64,000 nt of DNA from Acutalibacteraceae bacterium (GTDB lineage Bacteria; Bacillota; Clostridia; Oscillospirales; Acutalibacteraceae), in assembly GCA_045634455.1 (NCBI GenBank), contig JAZRAI010000005.1, forward strand, positions 1,292 through 65,291, given 5' to 3'. Under the pieces are notes generated by a model that was not told where the DNA came from, ran no database searches, and worked only from the letters and a program-made list of their open reading frames with translations. The position numbers and the translations under genes are program-made. Of the stretch, positions 1-9,507 are shown piece after piece; positions within the stretch are counted from its first letter, which is position 1, and each line of letters begins with the position of its first letter.

Positions 1-35
1 TTTACCTTGTCAAATTGCTTAATGGCCTCTTATTT

Positions 36-65
36 GCGATTACACGCAATTAGAAGCAATTACAA
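36..65. repeat. three tandem 10-bp units (gcgattacac / gcaattagaa / gcaattacaa)
   Basis: Read directly in non-coding DNA at the window edge. Confidence 0.6.
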
Positions 66-92
66 GCTGAAAGGTGGTCGTTTTAATATCGG

Positions 93-150
93 TTTTGGTC
101 TTTTTATATACATTTTGATACCATTTTTGGTCTTTGTGAACATTTTTTGA
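93..150. repeat. two ~26-nt direct repeats (ttttggtcttt..acatttt(tt)ga), 32-nt period
   Basis: Read directly; copies at 93-118 and 125-150. Confidence 0.5.
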
Positions 151-162
151 ATTTTACCGAAG

Positions 163-198
163 GAAAACCGCACCATAGTTTTTACACAATGGTGCGGC
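163..198 (-). terminator. intrinsic terminator of the surface-protein operon
   Basis: Stem ccgcaccat (168-176) / atggtgcgg (189-197). On the minus strand it is followed by TTTTCC, just 3' of the 229..1569 stop. Confidence 0.7.
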
Positions 199-228
199 TT
201 GAGAGGTAACTCAAAACAGAGTTATGAG

Positions 229-1569
229 TTATTTGAATATTTCAAAATTACCTTCTTTAGAATGTTTGTCATTGGCTTTATTCTTTTTAGCAACAATAAT
301 TATAATAACTCCACCTATAATTACCGCACCAATAATAACCCAAATAATCCAGCTGCTATCGTTATTTTCAGATGAATCAGTTGCATTATCTACATTAACG
401 GTATCATCAGGTTCAACATTGGTTTCAACATCATTCTTCTCAATCATAGGAATTTCTTCCTCAATGACTGTGTTGCAGATAGTACAAGTTTTTGTTTGCT
501 TTCCAACATCGGTTTCAGTGGCGGGAGTAACTACAACAGCTTCGCCGAAGGTATGCTCTTTTTTAGGTAAAGTATTTGTGGTTTCTTTATCACAACGGGT
601 GCATTTACCACTTTCAACACCTTCTTCAGAGCAAGTGGGCTCTTTAGTTACTGTTGGGTTAGAGAACTTATGTCCAAGAGCTTTAATATCTTTAGTTTCT
701 TTGTGAGAACATTTTGAACAAGTTCTTGTTTGACTACCTTTTTCCTCGCATGTTGCTTCTTTTGCAGTAGTCCAGTTGCCCATAGAATGACCTTTAGCAG
801 CAACGTCCTTTGTTTCTACTTTTTGACAAATAGAACAAGTGCGTGATTCTGTACCCTTTGCAGTGCAGGTAGGTTCTTTGGTCTGAGTCCAATTACCAAA
901 TGTATGATTTGTTGTTGTAGCAATTGTTTCGGTTTTTGTTGCATTACAAACAGTGCAAGTATAGGTCTTAACGCCTGTTTCTTTGCATGTTGCAGTCTTT
1001 GTTATAGTACCACCATTCCATGTATGTGCTGAGGATTCTGCGGTGCCGCAGGCAGTGCAAGTATGCTTATGATTGTTATTATCCGCTTTATCCCATGCAC
1101 CAAAACTGTGAGTTTTACAAATAACTTTTACAGTAGTGGTGTTTGCAGTGGAAGCTATAACGGTGCTACCATTTTTTATAACAGCTTCAGTTTTAATTGT
1201 TGTGTCTTTTAAAGAGGCGTTATTTTTAACTTTCAAAACGTATTTAAAAACATCTCCACTTTTATTAACCGCACTAGAATAACCGATTGCAGCATTTTTA
1301 TTATCAAAACTAGCAATCATCGCACCGGTTAAAATCCATTCGCCCGATACAACCTCAAAAACATTCTCATCGTATACAGGGGTTAGTGCCATGGATTTGA
1401 ATTCTGCATTACTATTTAAAGAAACCGTAACTGTAATTGTATCGCCAAGCTTTACAGTGTTTGCAGATGTTTTAGAGTTAACCTTTACAGCTTCTGCCGC
1501 AAAAACAGAAACAGAAAGTGAGAATATTAACACTAAACAAATCAAAAAACTAATAATCTTTTTCATCAA
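229..1569 (-). CDS. membrane-anchored surface protein: signal peptide, cohesin-like module, 6 CxxC repeat units, C-terminal TM anchor
   Basis: Signal peptide MMKKIISFLICLVLIFSLSVSVFA. Cohesin-like VKLGDTITVTVSL..YDENVFEVVSGEW. Repeat units such as EPTCTAKGTESRTCSICQKVETKDVAAKGH. C-terminal WIIWVIIGAVIIGGVIIIIVAKK. AAGGAGA RBS, 9-nt gap to the upstream gene. Confidence 0.8.
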   Translation of the reverse strand: MMKKIISFLICLVLIFSLSVSVFAAEAVKVNSKTSANTVKLGDTITVTVSLNSNAEFKSMALTPVYDENVFEVVSGEWILTGAMIASFDNKNAAIGYSSAVNKSGDVFKYVLKVKNNASLKDTTIKTEAVIKNGSTVIASTANTTTVKVICKTHSFGAWDKADNNNHKHTCTACGTAESSAHTWNGGTITKTATCKETGVKTYTCTVCNATKTETIATTTNHTFGNWTQTKEPTCTAKGTESRTCSICQKVETKDVAAKGHSMGNWTTAKEATCEEKGSQTRTCSKCSHKETKDIKALGHKFSNPTVTKEPTCSEEGVESGKCTRCDKETTNTLPKKEHTFGEAVVVTPATETDVGKQTKTCTICNTVIEEEIPMIEKNDVETNVEPDDTVNVDNATDSSENNDSSWIIWVIIGAVIIGGVIIIIVAKKNKANDKHSKEGNFEIFK

Positions 1570-1578
1570 TCTATCTCC

Positions 1579-3327
1579 TTATTTGTGTAATGGATATTTT
1601 TCAAGAAGCAAGGTGTGATAAAGCAAATAAATTGCATCATCACTATCTAAATCACCATCACCGTTAAAGTCACATTTTTGATTAACGGCATACTCTTCCG
1701 GTAGGAGTGTATGAAATAGAAGATAGATTGCATCGTCACTGTCAATTGTTTCATTTCCGTCAGCATCACCTAAAATATAAGTAAGCGCAGGAGTGATGTC
1801 GTATTTTTCCTCATGGTTACATACACTACATGTATGTGTTGTGTAACCGTCTTTTTTATATTCAGGCTCTACAATTGTCGGTGTTCCGTATTGGTGGCCA
1901 AGAGCAGATATCTCTACATATGTTGTATAATCACATATCCTACAAGTCTCATATGCATTCCAGCCAATCTCGGTGCAAGTAGCGTCTTTTGCATCGTGAT
2001 GAATTAAATTATGACCAGGTGCTTTAATCGTCTTATTTTCTCTTGAAAGTTCTTCATTACATGCTGAACAGTACACTACACTATCGTAAGAACCATCGGT
2101 GATACATGTTGCTTCTACGCGATTTTCTTCTTTAGTAATCGTGGGATTATGACCAAGCGGATGTATTTCTTTATAGGTTGTGTAATCACAACGTGAGCAT
2201 GTATCATAAGCATCCCAACCAACCTGGGTGCAGGTAGGGGGCTGTGCATCATGTGTAATTATATCGTGTCCGAGCTTATTAAGTGTAATTGTTTCACGAG
2301 AAAGTTCTTCGTCACATACCGAACAATACACAACACTGTCATAGGATCCGTCTTCGGTACAGGTAGGATTAACACGGTTCTCTTCAACCGCATTTGTAGC
2401 ATCGTGACCGGTGGCATCAATTGTAATTGCTTCGCGTGAGAGTTCATCATTACATACTAAGCAATATACTACGCTGTCGTAGGTGCCGTTTTCGGTACAA
2501 GTCGGAGCAATACGATTTTCTTCAACTGCATTGCCGGCAGTATGGCCTGTAGCATCGATTGTAATTACTTCACGTGAGAGTTCAACGTCGCATACTGAGC
2601 AATATACCACGCTATCGTATGAACCGTTCTCAGTGCAGGTAGATTCAATTCGATTTTCCACTACAGGTTCATCGGATGTGTGACCAAGGGAGGAGAGTGT
2701 GTTACCTTTAATATTTTCATTGCAAATATCACAGTGATAGGTTGTGTAACCTTCTTCGGTACAAGTGGGGTCTGTTACAACTCCAGCATTAGTATCAACT
2801 GCATGTGCTGCAAAAGATGCACGGCCGCCCACAAAGGGAACAACATTGAGACCGTTTATGCAGTTTTTATCCTGTCCATCAAAAACTTCTGCATAAATAG
2901 CGATATCTCCGCAAAAATCCTCTTTTACCTTGAAGTTCAAAGTAAGCATTTCGCCAGTTGCTGTAGAAACATTGTTCATCATTAATGTGTAGCAAATACT
3001 ATCGCTATAAACATAAACGCCTTCTATGTCGTTAGAAAACAGATTTGCACTAGTATAGTCAACAAACTCAAGCGCATCCGGGTCAAATTTAACAGAAAAT
3101 TTAAGAATAGTAATGCCGGTATTTTGGTCTGCACTAATCTTTACAGAAACTTCGTCACCGCTTTTATAAATAGCTGGTGAGAAAGAAACAGGAGTGGTGG
3201 TCTCTGCCACCACTCCCACCTCAAAAGTTTCGATAGTTTCAACAGTTTCAGCATTAACAGTAACCATTGAAGTTGAGAAGATTAGAGCGGCAGCCAAAAG
3301 CATCGATAAGATTCTTTTAAGTTGCAT
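1579..3327 (-). CDS. secreted protein: cohesin-like module, 8 CxxC repeat units, C-terminal dockerin-like module
   Basis: Signal peptide MQLKRILSMLLAAALIFSTSMVTVNA. Cohesin-like KFSVKFDPDALEFVDY. Repeat units such as ESTCTENGSYDSVVYCSVCDVELSREVITIDATGH. Duplicated Ca-loop motif GDADGNETIDSDDAIYLL / DFNGDGDLDSDDAIYLL. GGAGG RBS. Confidence 0.8.
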   Translation of the reverse strand: MQLKRILSMLLAAALIFSTSMVTVNAETVETIETFEVGVVAETTTPVSFSPAIYKSGDEVSVKISADQNTGITILKFSVKFDPDALEFVDYTSANLFSNDIEGVYVYSDSICYTLMMNNVSTATGEMLTLNFKVKEDFCGDIAIYAEVFDGQDKNCINGLNVVPFVGGRASFAAHAVDTNAGVVTDPTCTEEGYTTYHCDICNENIKGNTLSSLGHTSDEPVVENRIESTCTENGSYDSVVYCSVCDVELSREVITIDATGHTAGNAVEENRIAPTCTENGTYDSVVYCLVCNDELSREAITIDATGHDATNAVEENRVNPTCTEDGSYDSVVYCSVCDEELSRETITLNKLGHDIITHDAQPPTCTQVGWDAYDTCSRCDYTTYKEIHPLGHNPTITKEENRVEATCITDGSYDSVVYCSACNEELSRENKTIKAPGHNLIHHDAKDATCTEIGWNAYETCRICDYTTYVEISALGHQYGTPTIVEPEYKKDGYTTHTCSVCNHEEKYDITPALTYILGDADGNETIDSDDAIYLLFHTLLPEEYAVNQKCDFNGDGDLDSDDAIYLLYHTLLLEKYPLHK

Positions 3328-3343
3328 CTCTTATACCTCCAAA

Positions 3344-6300
3344 TCACATATCTAAATAGTCATCGTTGCCAACAACTGCATTGTGAAGAAGTGCAAAGTC
3401 ATAAGCAGTTACATATCCATCCTTATCAAGGTCAAATACGGTTTCGTAAACGCCTTCTGCTGCGTCTGCAGAATTATACCATTTAGCAAAATTCATGGTA
3501 TCAGCAGAATCAATAACACCGTTACCATCAGCATCACCAAGTGTTACAACGTTAATACCTGCTTCTGTGCCAAAATCAACTATTAATTCATTGATATAAG
3601 CATCATCGTCGTTACGAGCAGCAACACCGGGAACTACAGTGAAGTCTGCAACGCCAGTAAAGTCTTGATCAACCTTGAAAGTGAGAGTTGCAAAAAGATA
3701 TTCGCCTTTTTCGAATTTTTTATCAACATAGTTGTATCCCATGTTTTGTGCGAGTGCAACAACATATGAGCTGTTTGCTGCATCAATATATGTGTTAGCA
3801 GTTACATCAAATACCTTACCTTCAACATTTACCAAAGTAAGATTCTGATTGAAGCCGATAGCAAAGTTAAGACCATAAAGTCTTGCAATATCACTGTTAA
3901 CATTCATATAAACATTAAGTGTAATATAACCGGAATTTACAGCCACATCACTACCATTGATACCAATTGCTTCATAAGTAAAGGTTATCTCTTCATTTAA
4001 TGCAGCAATTTCATTCTGTGCAACGAGTACTTCATCACAAACGGAGCAATGCTTACCTTCGGTAAGACCTGTAGTGTCGTAAGTAGGAGCAACAGCTTCG
4101 TCGATAACTTCGGTGTGGCCAAGTGCAGCCAACTCATTATAAGTAGTATGATCACATCTGGAGCAATCTTCATAAGCATCCCAACCAATTTCGGTACAGG
4201 TAGGAGCCTTAGCATCATGCTGTGTTAAATCGTGACCAAGAGCAGCTAATTCGTTGTAGGTGGTATAGTCACATCTTGAGCAGTCTTCATAAGCGTCCCA
4301 ACCAATTTCAGTACATGTGGGAGCCTGTGCGTCATGCTGTGTTAAATCATGACCGAGTGCTGCCAACTCGTTATAATTTTCGATGTGATCACATCTAGAA
4401 CAATCTGTATATGCGTCCCAACCAATCTCGGTGCATGTAGGTGCTTTGGCTTCTACATCAAGCATATCGTGGTCAAGAGCGGCTAATTCGTTGTAAGTAG
4501 TATAATCACATCTTGAGCAATCCTCGTATGCGTCCCAACCGATTTCGGTACAGGTAGGAGCCTTAGCGTCATGCTGTGTTAAATCGTGACCGAGTGCATC
4601 AACAAAGTTATCTTTGAAGACTTCATCACAAATGAGGCACTTCTTAACAGTGTAGCCTTCTTCGGTACATTTTGACTCTACAATACCTAATGTCAAGCAG
4701 TCGTAGTGACCTAATGCATCAACAACGGTATCAACATAAACATCACCGCAAGTTGAGCAGGTGTGAGTTGTGTAACCTTCTTCGGTACAAGTAGGATCGG
4801 TTACTACTGCATCATAAGAATGACCGAGAGCAGCTAACTCATTGTAAGTGGTATAGTCACATCTTGAGCAGGTAACATAAGCATCCCAACCGATTTCAGT
4901 ACAAGTTGCAGCTTTAGCTTCGTGAGCAACTTCATCATGACCTAAAGCATCTACAAAAGCATCCTCATATGTATCATTACAACGCGAACAAGTGTGAGTA
5001 GTGAATCCATCATTTAAACAAGTAGCTTCAGTAACTACATCTATATAATTATGATTATCAGGATCAATCGGAGTTGTCTTTTGTGCTGCTAAAACAATGT
5101 GGCAATCGCCGCATTCGATTTGGAAGGTAAGACCTGTTTCGGTACAGGTTGCCTTAACTTCGTCTTTAGTAATTACGCCTCTATGAGAAAGAGGATTAGG
5201 ATCAACATAGCTGTCAACGTATGAATCGTCGCAACGTGAACAATCGTGGGTAGTGTAACCTTGTGCAGAACAAGTAGGAGCTGTTACAGTAGGAACGTAG
5301 TCGTGTCCAAGAGCATCTACTACCTGCTGAGCCTCAATAATAGTATCACATACAGAGCAATGCTTACCTTCTGTAAGACCGGTTTCGGTACAAGTGGGAG
5401 CAACAGCGCTATCAGTTGTCTCGGTGTGACCAAGAGGATCAACTACAACATTTTCACGGCTGAGTTCTGCATCACATACATCACAGTAAATAACGGAATC
5501 ATAAGAACCAGGGTTTACGCAATCAGCGGCAACAATGTTTTCCTTAACAGCCTCTCCGTGAATGTGTTGAAGAGGTTCTCCAACAGCCTCATCGAAAGTG
5601 AAGGAACATACCTTACAAGTATATCTTACAGTTTCGGCGTCTTCACAAGTAGCGCCGATTACCTGCTTGTCATAATCGTGATGTCCAACACACGCAATCG
5701 TTTCTCTCTTGGTTTCGTGACATACAGTACACTCGTAATCGATGTAGCCGTCTACAACACAAGTAGCATCCTGTCTGCCAGTCTCTTGGTAGTCGTGGCC
5801 TGTAGCAGTAATTGTGTGTGAAGCACGAACAAATTCCTCTCCACATACAGCGCAGTAGATAACGGTGTCATATGAGCCATTGTTTTCACAATCTGCCTCA
5901 ACACGGTTTTCTTCAACCTCGCTGCTTGCGGTATGACCTAATGCATCTACATATGTATCTACATAAGTGTCAGCACAATCGGGGCAAGTATGAGTGGTGT
6001 AACCCTGTTCAGTACAAGTAGGATCGGTTACTACTGCATCGTGGGAATGTCCTGTAGCAGGAATTTCCACATATTCGTTTAAATCACATGTGTTACAGGT
6101 TCTGTAAGCATCCCAACCAATTTCAGTACAGGTAGGAGCCTTAGCATCATGATTTACATAATCATGTGCGCCTGTAGGCACAGCGGTAAGTTCAGCATAT
6201 GTTCCGTGGCATTCGTCACATTCATATACTTTGTATCCAAAGTTTGCGCATGTAGGAGCAACTTCGCCTGTTACAGTTCCTGTACGTGTTGCAGGATCAC

Positions 6301-6406
6301 ATTCACATTTCGTTGCTTCTAATGCAGATGCAGGTATTATAAGCTGTGTTAAGAGCATTGATAATACTAAAAGCATCGCAAAAATTTTAGAAAAATGTCT
6401 CTTCAT
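3344..6406 (-). CDS. large secreted protein: 19 CxxC repeat units, cohesin-like module, C-terminal dockerin-like module
   Basis: Signal peptide MKRHFSKIFAMLLVLSMLLTQLIIPASA. Repeat units such as PTCTEIGWDAYEDCSRCDYTTYNELAALGH. Cohesin-like TLTFKVDQDFTGVADFTVVPG region. Dockerin-like LGDADGNGVIDSADT..FDLDKDGYVTAYDF. AAGGAGAAAA RBS. Confidence 0.85.
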   Translation of the reverse strand: MKRHFSKIFAMLLVLSMLLTQLIIPASALEATKCECDPATRTGTVTGEVAPTCANFGYKVYECDECHGTYAELTAVPTGAHDYVNHDAKAPTCTEIGWDAYRTCNTCDLNEYVEIPATGHSHDAVVTDPTCTEQGYTTHTCPDCADTYVDTYVDALGHTASSEVEENRVEADCENNGSYDTVIYCAVCGEEFVRASHTITATGHDYQETGRQDATCVVDGYIDYECTVCHETKRETIACVGHHDYDKQVIGATCEDAETVRYTCKVCSFTFDEAVGEPLQHIHGEAVKENIVAADCVNPGSYDSVIYCDVCDAELSRENVVVDPLGHTETTDSAVAPTCTETGLTEGKHCSVCDTIIEAQQVVDALGHDYVPTVTAPTCSAQGYTTHDCSRCDDSYVDSYVDPNPLSHRGVITKDEVKATCTETGLTFQIECGDCHIVLAAQKTTPIDPDNHNYIDVVTEATCLNDGFTTHTCSRCNDTYEDAFVDALGHDEVAHEAKAATCTEIGWDAYVTCSRCDYTTYNELAALGHSYDAVVTDPTCTEEGYTTHTCSTCGDVYVDTVVDALGHYDCLTLGIVESKCTEEGYTVKKCLICDEVFKDNFVDALGHDLTQHDAKAPTCTEIGWDAYEDCSRCDYTTYNELAALDHDMLDVEAKAPTCTEIGWDAYTDCSRCDHIENYNELAALGHDLTQHDAQAPTCTEIGWDAYEDCSRCDYTTYNELAALGHDLTQHDAKAPTCTEIGWDAYEDCSRCDHTTYNELAALGHTEVIDEAVAPTYDTTGLTEGKHCSVCDEVLVAQNEIAALNEEITFTYEAIGINGSDVAVNSGYITLNVYMNVNSDIARLYGLNFAIGFNQNLTLVNVEGKVFDVTANTYIDAANSSYVVALAQNMGYNYVDKKFEKGEYLFATLTFKVDQDFTGVADFTVVPGVAARNDDDAYINELIVDFGTEAGINVVTLGDADGNGVIDSADTMNFAKWYNSADAAEGVYETVFDLDKDGYVTAYDFALLHNAVVGNDDYLDM
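4115..4591 (-). repeat. four in-frame near-identical tandem repeats (117, 117, 120, 117 bp) inside the 1020-aa gene
   Basis: Unit boundaries taken at the Gly/Asp-His codons: gtggcc 4115, gtgacc 4232, atgacc 4349, gtggtc 4469, gtgacc 4586. Encoded unit is HDLTQHDAKAPTCTEIGWDAYEDCSRCDYTTYNELAALG. Confidence 0.9.
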
Positions 6407-6549
6407 AATTTTTTCTCCTTATTAGTTTTTGTTTTTACATTTGATACAAGTTCGAGGATGTCCGCGTGGTAACACAATAAAAAAGCACAAAATTCAACAA
6501 CTCCTGATTTCCCGTTAATATAGGGCTATTTTTTGCGACAAAATGACAA

Positions 6550-6575
6550 TTATCAAATGGTGTACCTTTTGATAA
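6550..6575. promoter_or_regulatory. hix-like recombination site 1: TTATCAAATGGT-GT-ACCTTTTGATAA
   Basis: 12-bp imperfect inverted half-sites (1 mismatch) around the 2-bp core GT. Outer bases TTATCAAA / TTTGATAA match Hin-family half-sites. Confidence 0.6.
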
Positions 6576-6659
6576 TGGCCGTTTTTAACAGGTAAGGAAT
6601 TGCTTTTCAGTTATCATTAAATAAATATCTTCAAAAATTCGATTTTTTCTTAAAAGTAC

Positions 6660-6688
6660 TTGCATTTTCTTTTCATTTATGATAAAAT
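6660..6688 (+). promoter_or_regulatory. sigma-A-type promoter TTGCAT-N17-TAAAAT inside the putative invertible segment
   Basis: -35 at 6660-6665, 17-nt spacer, -10 at 6683-6688. It points toward the invertase 3' end in this assembly. Confidence 0.5.
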
Positions 6689-6698
6689 ACCATAGAAT

Positions 6699-6736
6699 AA
6701 AATGACTCTCAAAAGGTACACCTTTTGAGAGTCATT

Positions 6737-6738
<2 letters not shown>
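6699..6738 (-). terminator. hairpin terminator of the invertase gene (overlaps hix-like site 2)
   Basis: 18-bp perfect stem aaaatgactctcaaaagg / ccttttgagagtcatttt with loop taca. T-runs on both sides. It abuts the stop codon at 6737-6739. Confidence 0.7.
6706..6731. promoter_or_regulatory. hix-like recombination site 2: CTCTCAAAAGGT-AC-ACCTTTTGAGAG
   Basis: Perfect 12-bp inverted half-sites around the 2-bp core AC, the reverse complement of the site 1 core. 21/24 identity between site 1 and the reverse complement of site 2. Confidence 0.6.
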
Positions 6739-7444
<706 letters not shown>

Positions 7445-7558
7445 TTAAACAAAGCAAATCGTCATATATTGTGGAAAAAAAGAAAATATTGTGATATAAT
7501 GTAAAAAATAAGAATTCGAATGCTGTATTAAAAAACTTGTGTAAAAGGAATGTTAAAC

Positions 7559-9406
7559 ATGCTTAATTATCCTATAAATGTTACTATTGATACAAATGTA
7601 TTGTACGCTACAAACTATGATTTCAGCGAAAACAGCCCTCTTTCGCTTCTTGTAAAATATGTTCAAAAAGGAAAAATCAAGGTGATCTTAAGTGATATTG
7701 TTATAAGGGAAGCAAAGGCACATATATCAAAGCAAGTGAGTGATGTATGCGGAACTGCACGCAGGTTAAGAAAAGAAGTTTTGGAAAAATCCACAAAATC
7801 GCTTGTAGATTATATTGGAATGGGTAAATTATTAGAATTAGTTAATGACAAGAACAACCTTGTATTAAAGGGTTGTGAAATGTTTGATAATTTTATAATT
7901 CAAACGGGAGCGGAAATTTTAAAAACTGATCTAATAGATTTAGATAATATAATAGATGATTATTTTGAAATAAACCCTCCTTTTCAAAATGGCGAAAAAA
8001 AGAGAAAAGAATTTCCAGACGCATTTATAGCTTGCCAAATTAGAAAACGCTTTGGTGAAACTGAAGATGTCATTATCATAAGTAATGATAATGGCTTTAA
8101 GGCAGCGTGTGGAAATAATTCAAATCATATCTTTTTGAGTTCATTGGGCCAACTCTACAATACGATAAATAAGGAAGAGAAGGCATATGATGATACGATA
8201 AATTTAATTAAGGAATTACAATTCCGTATTCGAACAGAAATATTTGAATTCATAAAAACAAATGAAAGTATTGACGTAAGAGGTCTTTCTTATGATAAGG
8301 ATGGTATCGTAAGCGGATATGACTATGACGAATTTTATTTACAAGACATCTCAAACGGCACATTTGTAGTTCATTCTGTAGATGAAATATCTGAAAAAAC
8401 ATCTATAATAACTCTTTCGTGCAAGGCCAAAATGTCTGTTGATTGTTACTATGAAGATTATGAAAATGCTCCTTGGGATTCTGAAGCCAAAGAGTATGTT
8501 TTTGTCGAAAGTATAAAAATGAGAGAGGAACACGATGCAAGATTTGCTTGCCAAATTCAACTTAATCGCGAAACAAAAGATTTTAAAATTTCACCCTTTA
8601 AAGTGATTTTAGGTGGAGATTCCCGCAAAGAAGTTTATGAAATCAAAGATGAAGAAACTGAGAATTGTGAACGTGATATTTGCAATATGGATAGAGAAAC
8701 GTTAGGTTTTAATGCTCTTGGTAGTTATGAGTCATATTTACAAGAAGCATTGCCAGAATCTGATTTCAGCAAGAGAATTATCGAACAATTCGAAATAATC
8801 AATAGCTTTCGTAATCAATACGAAGAGATGAGTATAGATTATTACGAATTGTTTGAAAAAATCAATAAAGATGATAATCCTAAAGAAATATGTGGTGCAC
8901 TTTATAAAAAATTAAAAGAGTGTAATGGTTTTCCAACAATTATTAATGAAGAACATATTAGCGATGATGAATTAACAAAAATAAAAAAGTGGTTTGAAAC
9001 TGCCGGTGAAACGACTTGTGAAATCTCTGAAGAAGGACATTTGCCAGACTATATAAGTTACGGCGACACAATTCTCATAAAAGGTATTGATGATGAATTG
9101 ACGTTATCAATTCAAGATATTAGCAATATAGATCCGAGTGCTGGCGAACAGGAGAGCATAGATGTTTTATTATCTAAAGCTCAAGAAACAATAGCTACAG
9201 GGTCTATTACGTTGACAGTAGGTTATTTAGATTTTGATGAAGACGGAGGTGCAGCGAACGGTATTGAAGATAATATAGAATACGAATGCCATGAAATAAT
9301 CGAAAAAATTGATGGTTTCATCTTAAAACAAAAAGAAAAGGTAGAAGAGTACTTGAAAGTAAGTGAAATTTTAAAAGAATTCTTAGATACAGACATTATG
9401 AACTAA
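7559..9406 (+). CDS. PIN-like nuclease-domain protein with a ~400-aa acidic C-terminal region of unknown function
   Basis: N-terminus INVTIDTNVLYA, IVIREAK, FPDAFIACQI and IIISNDNGF fit the acidic-residue pattern of the PIN-like (DUF4935/PIN_12-type) fold. Start may be 7550 or 7559; the AAAGGAA spacing favours 7559. Confidence 0.6.
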   Translation: MLNYPINVTIDTNVLYATNYDFSENSPLSLLVKYVQKGKIKVILSDIVIREAKAHISKQVSDVCGTARRLRKEVLEKSTKSLVDYIGMGKLLELVNDKNNLVLKGCEMFDNFIIQTGAEILKTDLIDLDNIIDDYFEINPPFQNGEKKRKEFPDAFIACQIRKRFGETEDVIIISNDNGFKAACGNNSNHIFLSSLGQLYNTINKEEKAYDDTINLIKELQFRIRTEIFEFIKTNESIDVRGLSYDKDGIVSGYDYDEFYLQDISNGTFVVHSVDEISEKTSIITLSCKAKMSVDCYYEDYENAPWDSEAKEYVFVESIKMREEHDARFACQIQLNRETKDFKISPFKVILGGDSRKEVYEIKDEETENCERDICNMDRETLGFNALGSYESYLQEALPESDFSKRIIEQFEIINSFRNQYEEMSIDYYELFEKINKDDNPKEICGALYKKLKECNGFPTIINEEHISDDELTKIKKWFETAGETTCEISEEGHLPDYISYGDTILIKGIDDELTLSIQDISNIDPSAGEQESIDVLLSKAQETIATGSITLTVGYLDFDEDGGAANGIEDNIEYECHEIIEKIDGFILKQKEKVEEYLKVSEILKEFLDTDIMN

Positions 9407-9408
9407 AC

Positions 9409-9449
9409 AACAAGAAAATCCTTGCCTTTAAGGCAAGGATTTTCTTGTT
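9409..9449 (+). terminator. strong hairpin terminator after the PIN-like gene
   Basis: 19-bp perfect stem aacaagaaaatccttgcct / aggcaaggattttcttgtt with a 3-nt loop. Confidence 0.75.
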
Positions 9450-9507
9450 TAAAAAACTAATACTATGGATTAGCAAAATAAATATTTACAGGTGTATATT
9501 ATTGCAG

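Noticed and set aside
224-706. 160-aa plus-strand ORF
   Set aside because: It lies entirely antisense within the well-supported 229..1569 gene. The sequence is low-complexity and there is no RBS. It is a shadow ORF.
4115-4591. Regularly spaced ~117-bp repeats that might suggest a CRISPR-like array
   Set aside because: The units are contiguous with no unique spacers. They are much longer than CRISPR repeats, lie in frame inside a 1020-aa ORF and encode a protein repeat. No cas genes are present.
5246-5821. 191-aa plus-strand ORF and the other short ORFs inside 1579-6406
   Set aside because: They are antisense shadows of the repeat-rich surface protein genes.
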